The notes under the pieces are model-generated. The model was not told the origin of the DNA and did no database searches. It worked only from the letters and a program-made list of their open reading frames with translations. This document shows positions 40,226-48,883 of a stretch of 64,000 bases of DNA, piece after piece. The stretch is from Candidatus Thermosaccharophagus tengchongensis (GTDB taxonomy: Bacteria; Armatimonadota; Fervidibacteria; Fervidibacterales; Thermosaccharophagaceae), in assembly GCA_032161105.1 (NCBI GenBank), contig JAVHTD010000007.1; one strand, given 5' to 3'. Position 1 is the first letter of the stretch. The number at the start of each line of letters is the position of its first letter. Made by a program: the position numbers and the translations under genes.

Positions 40226-41713
40226 ATGCCTCAAATGAACGAACCGGGTATGGGAGGTCAATCGGCGGATAGGGGAATGCGGGTGGCGGTTATTGATGAT
40301 GATGAGATTGTCAGGGAAGTGTGCAAGGCTGTTCTGAAGCGCCACTCATACGATGTAGTGGAATTCAGCGATGGTCAGTCCGCTTTGGGCGCGTCACGCC
40401 ATGAGAGGTTTGATATCGCCATCATTGACTGGGTGCTTCCGGATTGCGATGGATCTGCGCTCTTCAGGGAGCTAAAGGAGATGATGCCCAACCTTGTCGG
40501 GATTGCCATTCTTGGGCAGGGTTCGTATGAGGCAATTGCCCAATCCCTCAGCGGAGGCATGCTGTGGACGCTGATCAAGCCGTTTACAATTTCGGAGTTG
40601 CTTTCGGTTGTAGATGCTGCACGCAGATATGTGCGCCTTGTTGAAATGGCTGAACGGGTGAGCTTGTATGTGGACATAGAGAGGGCGACCAAAAGCCTGC
40701 TTAGGGAGATTGACCTTGAGCCACTCAGCGAATTAATCGTTCGCGAGGCAGCTGGGCGTGCGAACTCGGATGCTGCATCACTGCTTGTGGTTGATAGGTT
40801 ATGCAACTGCTTGAGAGTGGTTGGCGCGATTGGTGCGCCATCGGCTGTGAAGGGCATTGAGGTTAAACCCACAAGCGGCATCGTCGGGCTTGTCCTTCGG
40901 CTGCGCAAACCGATCGTCATCAACAAAGAGACCATTAAGCAAGCTCACATTGCCGAGAGACTGCGATATGGTGGGAAGGGAAGCGCGATCTCATTCCCGC
41001 TCGGCGAGAATGATGAGATAAGCGGCGTGCTCAACATAACTCGCTTCCCTGAGGAACCGCAGCTTACTGAGGAAGATGCCGGTAAGCTGAGTTGGTTTGT
41101 CGCTCATACAAGCCTTGCGCTATCACGCTCGCTGCATTACGAATGGTTGAAGGAGAGTTTCTTTGGCACAGCGCAGGCTGTTGTTTCCCTCCTTGAGGCG
41201 CAAGATCCGTATAGGCGTTCGCATTCTGAACGAGTCGCAGAGTATGCATGTGCGCTCGCCGCAGCGATTGGGTGCTCAAAGCGCGAGATCGAGTTGCTGA
41301 GGGCATCGGCGCTATTGTATCAGATTGGGTTACATCAGATTGACAAAAGCATACTCCACAAGCCGTCCAAGCTCACGGATGAGGAATATGAGCAAATCAA
41401 GCGCTACCCAGAGCTCTCACTGCGCCTGCTCAGAGGCGTGCCGCTGATTCAGAGCATAGGTGAAATCATAATATCGCACCGTGAACATTGCGATGGCAGT
41501 GGCTATCCGATGGGCAAGCGCGGTGACGAAATACCTCTGTTGGCGCGCTTGCTCGCTGTGGCTGACACTTATGTCGCTTTGACATCGCAAAGACCACACC
41601 GCCCGGCAATGAGCGAAGAGCAAGCGAAAGAGGAATTGATGAGGATGGCTGGCAAGGAGCTTGACAGCGATTTGACCAACGCCTTCATCAACCTTGTGCT
41701 TGCTAAGGCTTAA
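40226..41713 (+). CDS. REC-GAF-HD-GYP domain protein with a degenerate HD motif
   Basis: IDDD..IDWVLP..KPF receiver; GAF; DPY..HSERV, LLYQIG in place of LLHDIG, DGSGYP. Confidence 0.88.
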   Translation: MPQMNEPGMGGQSADRGMRVAVIDDDEIVREVCKAVLKRHSYDVVEFSDGQSALGASRHERFDIAIIDWVLPDCDGSALFRELKEMMPNLVGIAILGQGSYEAIAQSLSGGMLWTLIKPFTISELLSVVDAARRYVRLVEMAERVSLYVDIERATKSLLREIDLEPLSELIVREAAGRANSDAASLLVVDRLCNCLRVVGAIGAPSAVKGIEVKPTSGIVGLVLRLRKPIVINKETIKQAHIAERLRYGGKGSAISFPLGENDEISGVLNITRFPEEPQLTEEDAGKLSWFVAHTSLALSRSLHYEWLKESFFGTAQAVVSLLEAQDPYRRSHSERVAEYACALAAAIGCSKREIELLRASALLYQIGLHQIDKSILHKPSKLTDEEYEQIKRYPELSLRLLRGVPLIQSIGEIIISHREHCDGSGYPMGKRGDEIPLLARLLAVADTYVALTSQRPHRPAMSEEQAKEELMRMAGKELDSDLTNAFINLVLAKA

Positions 41714-41766
41714 CTGTAGATGATTGAGATTGCATTGGCTCCGAAAGTGGCGTTGCTTCTCGGTGT

Positions 41767-42783
41767 CTAATCCTCATATTCGCTCGGCAATTGGATGTCA
41801 CGCAAGTGAGCGGCATTTTCCTCAGGCAGGCTGACATTGATTGTTATGCCAGAGCCGAGTTCAAATCCAGCCGGCGTTGTCAGCCTCGGAACAACGCGCA
41901 TATACCAATGATAGAACGGCTCGCCAGATGAGAAATGCGGAGCACTGTTAAGGACGAGGTTATAATCGGGTTGGTTAAGCCCGATGTGTATCCTGAGCAG
42001 TGTTGCCCTTAAAGCGGCAGCAAGTGCCGTCAGCTCGTCTCCGGTAAGCTCTGAGAATGTGGCTTGATGGCGCAATGGTATGATCCAAAGTTCGTATGGG
42101 AAGCTCGCTGCATATGGCACAAGGCTAACGAAGTGCTTATTCTGAAAGACGATGCGCACGCCCTCACTCATCTCGTGCTCCAAAATGTCACAGACAGCGC
42201 ATCTTCCAAGCGCGTCGTAATGCCTTTCAAGCTCATACATGTATCGGCGTATGTGCAGCGGTATAAACGGCATCCCGACGAGTTGCGAGTGAGGATGGGC
42301 AAGCGAAGTGCCTGCTCTCTCACCCTGATTGCGGAAGATGATGATGAGCGTGCAATGCGGCAGTTTGCTCAATTCGCAGAACCTGTCGTAGTAGGATTGG
42401 ATGACGAGCTCCATTTGCTTCATCTTCAAAGTTGCCATCGTCTGGTTATGTTCTGGCGTCTCAATTATCACCTCATGCTTTCCGACCCCATCCATGCGCA
42501 GGTAAATCCCTTCACGCCGCCTGGTTGGTTGACCATCAGGGATGAGCGCCGGGAACTTGTTTGGCACAATTCGCACAAGCCACCCATTATCGCCATCATA
42601 CCTGAGCACCTCCGGTGGCGTCATGTCCTCATTGCCCGGGCAGAATGGGCATGATGGATCATAGGATGGCAGCTTTTGCACCTCCTCCTTTCGGGCGAAG
42701 TCCTTTGGGCGCTTCGAGCGCTCCGTCGCTATGATGACCCACTCTTTCGTCACAAGGTTTTGGCGAACCTCAGGCATGCACAT
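41767..42783 (-). CDS. galT: Second GalT/HIT-family nucleotidyltransferase
   Basis: EWVIIATERSKRP, CPFCPGNE, PNKFPAL, HEVIIETP, AGTSLAHPHSQ, AGFELGSG. Confidence 0.88.
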   Translation of the reverse strand: MCMPEVRQNLVTKEWVIIATERSKRPKDFARKEEVQKLPSYDPSCPFCPGNEDMTPPEVLRYDGDNGWLVRIVPNKFPALIPDGQPTRRREGIYLRMDGVGKHEVIIETPEHNQTMATLKMKQMELVIQSYYDRFCELSKLPHCTLIIIFRNQGERAGTSLAHPHSQLVGMPFIPLHIRRYMYELERHYDALGRCAVCDILEHEMSEGVRIVFQNKHFVSLVPYAASFPYELWIIPLRHQATFSELTGDELTALAAALRATLLRIHIGLNQPDYNLVLNSAPHFSSGEPFYHWYMRVVPRLTTPAGFELGSGITINVSLPEENAAHLRDIQLPSEYED

Positions 42784-42951
42784 TCACCTCCCATGAAAAA
42801 TATCGGATGCCTCGCACAATGTGCGCCATACTCTCGTTGGAGTAAACTTGATGTGACTTTCGTATTCACAGCACAGTATGTGAGCGGCTGGACATGCTTA
42901 ACACCCTTTCGCAAGTTCCATTTTGGCAGCTTGCAGTGGGAGTTGGAAGGC

Positions 42952-43806
42952 ATGGAAGGGCATTTGGTCAAACCGTTGGTGTCAATCATCATCCCGGCAT
43001 ATAATGAGGAACGCCGCTTGCCGCAAACGCTTTCGCGCATAGTTGAGTATGTGCGCCAAAGGAAGTTGAGCTGTGAGATTCTCGTCGTTGACGATGGCAG
43101 CCATGATGCTACAAGTGATGTAGCTATCGCGGTTGCTCGGTCACTTTCGTTCTCTCCATTCCGTGTCCTGCGATACAAGCCGAACATGGGCAAAGGTTAT
43201 GCAGTCAATCGCGGTGTGCTTTCATCAAACGGCTGCTTTGTGCTCTTCACCGATGCCGACTTATCAACACCAATTGAGGAGCTTGAGAAGCTCCTTCAAC
43301 CGCTCCTCAACGGCTATTGCGATGTAGCCATTGCCTCTCGCGCCCTTGCAGGCTCTGAGTTGCCCATTCGCCAGCCACTGTTCAGGGAGTTAATGGGGAG
43401 AGCCTTCAATGTCGTTGTGCAAGCCACCCTTTTGCCCGGCATAAGGGACACGCAATGCGGCTTCAAATGCTTCACAGCGCGAGCTGCACGGGACATATTC
43501 ATCAGGCAGCGCACATTTGGCTTCGCATTTGATGTGGAGATACTTTACATCGCACGCAAGCTCGGCTACCGGATAATTGAGCTGCCGGTGCGTTGGCTTC
43601 ACTCGCCGGAGACGAAGGTAAAAGTCTTTAGGCACGGCTTACAGATGCTCCTATCGGTGTTCCAGATACGCTGGAGAGCATGGTGGGGCGTGTATAGCAT
43701 GCCATCTGAGTTTGATCAATCACTCATGATGACGAGCACTATCACCCTGCATGGTGATGAATGTATACATGGTGGCGAGCCATTGCAGCTGCAGCGGGAT
43801 GCTTGA
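42952..43806 (+). CDS. GT2 glycosyltransferase, dolichyl/polyprenyl-phosphate glucosyltransferase-like
   Basis: SIIIPAYNEE, VVDDGSHD, NMGKG, FTDADLSTP, DTQCGFK, FDVE. Confidence 0.92.
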   Translation: MEGHLVKPLVSIIIPAYNEERRLPQTLSRIVEYVRQRKLSCEILVVDDGSHDATSDVAIAVARSLSFSPFRVLRYKPNMGKGYAVNRGVLSSNGCFVLFTDADLSTPIEELEKLLQPLLNGYCDVAIASRALAGSELPIRQPLFRELMGRAFNVVVQATLLPGIRDTQCGFKCFTARAARDIFIRQRTFGFAFDVEILYIARKLGYRIIELPVRWLHSPETKVKVFRHGLQMLLSVFQIRWRAWWGVYSMPSEFDQSLMMTSTITLHGDECIHGGEPLQLQRDA

Positions 43807-43897
43807 AGAGTTATAGTAGGTGAGCTTTGATCCCGTCACACAGCGTGTGCGGGGTAGTGTCACCCTTCAGGGCGTGGCTCTCTGGACATCCGGCAAT

Positions 43898-45550
43898 TCA
43901 CTTTATCACCTGCGCATCAAACCGAAATACGAATGCGCCTTCTTTCCATGCGTCTTTGCTCAGCCCGGCTTTCTCACACACCGCCTCAATGAACTGCACC
44001 CTGTCCCATTTGAACTCGGTCGCAACCTGCGGTAACAGCAGTCCCGAATGCTCCCCATCAACGACTACCAAGCCGTGTCTTCCGATCTCAATCTCCCTCA
44101 GGCTGACAATCTCCTCAAGTCTTCCGAGGACTGTCACTTCAACTTCAATTCCCTCAAGCTCATCCGGTCTTACGGGGGTGAACCTGCGGTCGTGCAAAGC
44201 TGCCGAGATGGCTGCATCAATTGTCCCCTCCCAGAGCGGCTTTATTGGCTCAACAATACCAATGCAACCGCGAAGCTCGCCATTTTTCTTCAGCGTGACG
44301 AACACTCCCCAGCGCTCAAGCAGTTCGGCGCTGTTGACTTGCACCTTTGGCTTTTGCCTATCCACCACAGCGCTTCGCAGTGCGACCCTCGCTATGCGCA
44401 ACAGCTCTTTGCACGCCGTGCTGCTAAGCTGTGGGCGAATGTGAGCTTCGTGCAAAGATGGCTCTTTTGGTCGCTCTGCAGTTGCCCTGCCAGGTGGTTT
44501 CCCATAGATGCACGCTGCGCAGTATCCCACAACCTTTGATTTATCCCCGCTTGGCACATCGCCCGAGTTGGCATAGCACAGTATCTCCAATCGTGGCGAT
44601 GTGCACAATGCCTTTGCAGCTTCAATCACGCTCAAGACAGCGCTCATCCCACAAAGTGTGCATTCAAGGTTGCGTATGCGCCTCTTAAGCAGCCTATCAT
44701 TCGCCGCCAAGATTTTCTCCGCCGAGAGCGTCTGGAGCGCTTTGAGCATTTCCTCGTCAACCCGTTTTGCATCCTCATACTTTGGGTAATGCGACATGTC
44801 GCTGCTGGCTATGAGCAATGCTTTTCTTCCGGAAAGCAAGTTGGAGAGAGCTTTTCCGAGCACCCTGCAGTGCTCCGGGCTGAGTTCACCGGTTGTGATT
44901 GGCAGCAATTTCCAATTCGCTTTGCCGAGGGCGATTTGAAGGAATGGCAACTGGCTCTCTATGCAATGCTCACGCTCATGTGCAAGGCTGTTCCTGTAAA
45001 CGAGGCGACATTCTTTGATTAGCCTTTCGGCAAGCCCTATGTCAACCTCAACTTTCCCAAGCGGCGTCATAAAAGCTTTGGCAGTTGGCACTGCAGCACC
45101 TTGCACGGGAAAGTAATGGCTTGGTCCAATGATGACGATGGTGTCAAATTCCATGCCCTCAATGACCTTGTAAGCTTCAGCGGCAACAAGACCGCAAAAC
45201 TGCCATCCGGCATGTGGCACGATTAAGGCTAACGGTGTTTCAGCTTTGCGCTGCGCCTTTGCGGAGCTGAGGTGGTCGGAGACGGTGCGCTTAAGTTCGT
45301 CCGCATCCTTTGGATACCAAATTCCGGCTACAGCAGGTGGACGAACCTCTGGACGGTGGGGTAAATCCACTTCATTTGCAGTTTGAACCTCACTTAGTGC
45401 CTTCACATGCTTTGCCTTAGTTGGCTTTTCGGATTTGAGTGGCTCACTCGGCTGTTGGATTGGGAATGAAGTCATCTGGCGTGTCCCGCACCCAATGAGG
45501 CACAGGGAGATGACCATCACGGAGATGGCGTTAAACATCCTGACTTTCAA
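43898..45550 (-). CDS. MEMO1 (AmmeMemoRadiSam protein B)-AMMECR1 (protein A) fusion, predicted lipoprotein
   Basis: VRPPAVAGIWYP, VPHAGW, GPSH, EHCIESQLPFLQ, SSDMSHYP, CG, YANSGD, VVGY; then GVFVTL..LRGCIG, DRRF, GLLLPQV, CEKAGL; N-terminus MKVRMFNAISVMVISLCLIG-C (TTG 45550 after GAGGA). Confidence 0.92.
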   Translation of the reverse strand: MKVRMFNAISVMVISLCLIGCGTRQMTSFPIQQPSEPLKSEKPTKAKHVKALSEVQTANEVDLPHRPEVRPPAVAGIWYPKDADELKRTVSDHLSSAKAQRKAETPLALIVPHAGWQFCGLVAAEAYKVIEGMEFDTIVIIGPSHYFPVQGAAVPTAKAFMTPLGKVEVDIGLAERLIKECRLVYRNSLAHEREHCIESQLPFLQIALGKANWKLLPITTGELSPEHCRVLGKALSNLLSGRKALLIASSDMSHYPKYEDAKRVDEEMLKALQTLSAEKILAANDRLLKRRIRNLECTLCGMSAVLSVIEAAKALCTSPRLEILCYANSGDVPSGDKSKVVGYCAACIYGKPPGRATAERPKEPSLHEAHIRPQLSSTACKELLRIARVALRSAVVDRQKPKVQVNSAELLERWGVFVTLKKNGELRGCIGIVEPIKPLWEGTIDAAISAALHDRRFTPVRPDELEGIEVEVTVLGRLEEIVSLREIEIGRHGLVVVDGEHSGLLLPQVATEFKWDRVQFIEAVCEKAGLSKDAWKEGAFVFRFDAQVIK

Positions 45551-45703
45551 AACGCCGATTCCTCGGGGTGATGTTGAAGATGCCCCATGCGGTGATGCCT
45601 TAACGGGCAATGAAACTCCGTTGTGCGGCATATCCTCGGCATGCATCACTATCACCCCTTGCCGTTGTGCGTGGCACCTTTCACCGAGTGAGAGCCATGC
45701 CGC

Positions 45704-46801
45704 TTATATGTCAATCTCAACTACCTGCACCTTTTCCTGATCAGCGACGCCAAGCTTCAATGGCTCGCTTGCAGCCGTGAGGATGTATTTCGGCTTGCGC
45801 CCCTCGCTTTCAAGGCTTTGCAAACCCTTTGCCTTCCTGTATCGTTCAACGAGCCTCCAGCAGTAGACATCAACAGCCACTGGGTCTGTTGAAATGATGA
45901 GCGCTCCGTGGCGAACGAGAAACTGCGGCTTGAAACTCGGACCGCCGTGATACTGCAGGTCAAGGGCATCACAGATTATGAGCTTCTGCTTTGAGCGTAT
46001 TTCGGTGAGGGCATTCAATTCAGCTATTTGTGGGTCTCCACCGTTGTCGTGATACTTGTTTGGGTTGTGCACAGCGCCAAGCCAATTCTTCAAAGCCCCG
46101 GTATAACCCACAATGCCGTGATCTTTCGTCACCGGCACATTTATGAGCGCCGTGCAAACATGCGTGACTATGCGGCTCAACTGTGAGCCAACATTGCCAG
46201 CCTCATAAATTTCCTCACCGTAGCCGATGCCATCCGTGTCAGTCCCAAAGCATAGCGGTTCGGATGATAGCGTCACTTTATAGCCAGCTGATTCAAGCTC
46301 ACGGTTGAGCCTGTCCCAAATGATGATGCGTTTACCGTTTATCCCAGTGCTCATCAATTCAAGCGCGATTGCATTTGCAACCTCAGTGTGTGATGACATC
46401 TTTGCGCCAGCGAGGCAGTTGACTTTGATCCCGATCACATCGTCTGGTTCAAAGAAGTTACGCCATGCAGCCTTCACCGTCTCGCAGCCAGTCAGCTCCG
46501 TCAGACCGATCTGAAGCATCTTTCGCACTTCCTCGGGCTTCACTTTCCCACTTTCAATGTATCGTTTGCTTCTGACGACGATGATGCGCTGCTGCTCCAT
46601 TTCGCGTGGCTGGCTTGAATGTGTCATGCTATGGGGATTTTCGCTCTTGTGCCTGTAAGCCGTTACATCGGCTATCCTCTTGCGGTTGGAACATGACGAG
46701 AATGCAATGGCGGAGGCACATGCCTCGCACAGGGTCAAGATGAATTTTCTCCTCGTTAGCTGCACTGCATGTTCATCATGGCGCTGATTTTTGACTCGCA
46801 T
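45704..46801 (-). CDS. DUF362 domain protein with Tat (lipo)protein signal
   Basis: TRRKFILTL..AFSSC; IGIKVNC, INVPVTKDH..TGALKN..G, STDPVAVD. Confidence 0.85.
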   Translation of the reverse strand: MRVKNQRHDEHAVQLTRRKFILTLCEACASAIAFSSCSNRKRIADVTAYRHKSENPHSMTHSSQPREMEQQRIIVVRSKRYIESGKVKPEEVRKMLQIGLTELTGCETVKAAWRNFFEPDDVIGIKVNCLAGAKMSSHTEVANAIALELMSTGINGKRIIIWDRLNRELESAGYKVTLSSEPLCFGTDTDGIGYGEEIYEAGNVGSQLSRIVTHVCTALINVPVTKDHGIVGYTGALKNWLGAVHNPNKYHDNGGDPQIAELNALTEIRSKQKLIICDALDLQYHGGPSFKPQFLVRHGALIISTDPVAVDVYCWRLVERYRKAKGLQSLESEGRKPKYILTAASEPLKLGVADQEKVQVVEIDI

Positions 46802-46815
46802 TGCTCATTAACCCC

Positions 46816-47931
46816 TCATGCCCAGACGCCAGCAATTGCAAACTTGCATTTTGCGCATCTGCCATCCTTGAGACCGCTTGCGCTCGTTTTATATCCCAAC
46901 CTCTGAATGACGATGCTGCCGCAATTTGGACAGTATGTGCTCTCTGCCGGATGCCCGAACACATTGCCGATGTAAACATAGCGCAAGCCGACCTCCTTGG
47001 CGATTTCGTGGCAGCGCTCAAGTGTCTTAACTGGCGTTGGTGGCAGGTTGCGCAGCTTATACATCGGGATGAAACGGCTGAAGTGGATCGGGACATCCTT
47101 TCCCAAGTTGGCTTTGATCCAGTTGCACATTTGTCTTATCTCGTCGGGTGAATCATTTAACCCCGGCACTATTAAGACGACGAGTTCAAGCCAAACATTG
47201 CTTGACTTGATGACTTCAATTGCCCTCAGCACCGGTTTGAGTTGCCCTCGGCAGATCTTTTTGTAAAACTCCTCGCTGAAAGCCTTTAGGTCAACTTTGA
47301 CGCCATCAAGCACCTTGCAAGCTTCCCGCATTGGCTTCGGCTCAATGAACGCATTGGTTATCATGAGCGCCTTTATTCCGGCTCGGCGTGCGAACTTTGC
47401 AGTGTCAACCATGTATTCGTAGAACACAACCGGTTCTGTATAGGTGAACGCAATGGACTTGCACTCGTAGTGTTTAGCCAAATCAACTACCCTCTTGGGT
47501 GGCAAATAAACATTGTCGGTCTGTTCAGGACGGCGTTGCGATATCTCCCAATTCTGGCAATAGGCGCATTCAATGTTGCATCCGGCTGTGGCGATTGAAA
47601 ATGAGAGTGACGCCGGAAGGAAGTGAAAGAATGGCTTCTTCTCAATTGGGTCTATATGCACAGCGCATGGGTTTGAATAAACAAGCGTGTAGTAAACCCC
47701 ATCGCGATTCTCGCGCACACCGCAGAAGCCGCGTTCGCGGTCGTCCACAACGCACTTCCTTGGGCACAAATCACAGCGCACCTTCTTCAAATTGAGCTTC
47801 GTATACCACATGGCTTCCTTCAAATCGCCTTCCCATTTCTCCCGATGGCTCTGTTGTCCTTGCACATTGGTGACAAAAATTGAGCACGCAATGCAGCCCA
47901 TGAACTTGCGCCTGTTCAATTTATCGTTCAT
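46816..47931 (-). CDS. AmmeMemoRadiSam system radical SAM enzyme with Tat-like signal
   Basis: NRRKFMGCIACSIFVTNVQG; CDLCPRKC..GFCGVR; DPIEKKPFFHF; CNIECAYC; FTYTEP; HFSRF; YVYIGNV; C-terminal CPNC..CAKC. Confidence 0.93.
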   Translation of the reverse strand: MNDKLNRRKFMGCIACSIFVTNVQGQQSHREKWEGDLKEAMWYTKLNLKKVRCDLCPRKCVVDDRERGFCGVRENRDGVYYTLVYSNPCAVHIDPIEKKPFFHFLPASLSFSIATAGCNIECAYCQNWEISQRRPEQTDNVYLPPKRVVDLAKHYECKSIAFTYTEPVVFYEYMVDTAKFARRAGIKALMITNAFIEPKPMREACKVLDGVKVDLKAFSEEFYKKICRGQLKPVLRAIEVIKSSNVWLELVVLIVPGLNDSPDEIRQMCNWIKANLGKDVPIHFSRFIPMYKLRNLPPTPVKTLERCHEIAKEVGLRYVYIGNVFGHPAESTYCPNCGSIVIQRLGYKTSASGLKDGRCAKCKFAIAGVWA

Positions 47932-48421
47932 CAGCGACACCCCTTCTTCGCTTCTTCATCATGTAATTATAAACTGCCTCATTGACGCTCATTCGCGTGT
48001 GAGGAACTGAGTAAGCGCATCCGTAGTTGTGGGCATTGGTGCAGCAATGCGATAAATTTATTCTTGGCAACTGTGGCTTTGCAAGAGGTCAGCTTGCGTG
48101 CAGTCACTCTGAGTGGCACTTGCAAGAGGTTGCAAGCGCCGAAGTTGTGTGAATGAACCTGTTGAAGCGATCGGGACTTACCAGGTGGATGAGTTCATGA
48201 GTTAGCTGCATCAGATAAGCTCGGATGGCGTCCTGATGAGTCGCTGCCTTCGCACCATTTCAGCTCAATCACTGTCTGCGAACGATAAACTTAAAGCCTC
48301 AAAAGCTCACAAGGCATTTTGTGAAGCGCAGTCGCTGCAAGTGGTTGACCTACTGTGTCAAACATGGCAAACTGAAGTGACGGTTTCTCAAGACTTCGCA
48401 AACGAGGGAGGGTGCAACGAT

Positions 48422-48802
48422 ATGGGGCAGGCTAATGTTACGGACGAGGAGCGGCTTTGGGCGATGTTGGGACATTTGTTGGCACTGTTAGGCTATGTGG
48501 CTTGGATCGGCGCATACATTGCCCCTTTGGTCATCTACCTCGTTTACAAGGATAAATCGCAGTTTGTCGCTTTCCATGCATTGCAATCTCTCTTCTTCCA
48601 ATTATCGCTACTTGTGGTCGGTGTAGTTTGCGCCTTGCTTATCCTGACTATTGTGTTTGCCTGCGTCGCTATCCCTTTACTCATTTTAGTTTCAGTTGGA
48701 GCGTTGGTTTACATCATCGTTGCCGCAATCAAAGCCTATAATGGAGAACTTTTTGAGTATTGGCTTGTGGGCAAATGGGCGAGGCAAATTGTGGGGATTT
48801 GA
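48422..48802 (+). CDS. DUF4870 family membrane protein
   Basis: EERLWAMLGHL..PLVIYL..KDKSQFVAFHALQSL..AAIKAYNGE; SD GAGGGAGG. Confidence 0.85.
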   Translation: MGQANVTDEERLWAMLGHLLALLGYVAWIGAYIAPLVIYLVYKDKSQFVAFHALQSLFFQLSLLVVGVVCALLILTIVFACVAIPLLILVSVGALVYIIVAAIKAYNGELFEYWLVGKWARQIVGI

Positions 48803-48883
48803 TCCCAATATGCTCGGGAAATTGTGCCAAGTTTGGTTCCGTCAAGAGCCACCTTTTGATTCCGAACTCGGGGTGACCGAGGG

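Noticed and set aside
48232..48290. Hammerhead ribozyme (CTGATGAG)
   Set aside because: No properly placed GAAA and stem II/III pairing follows
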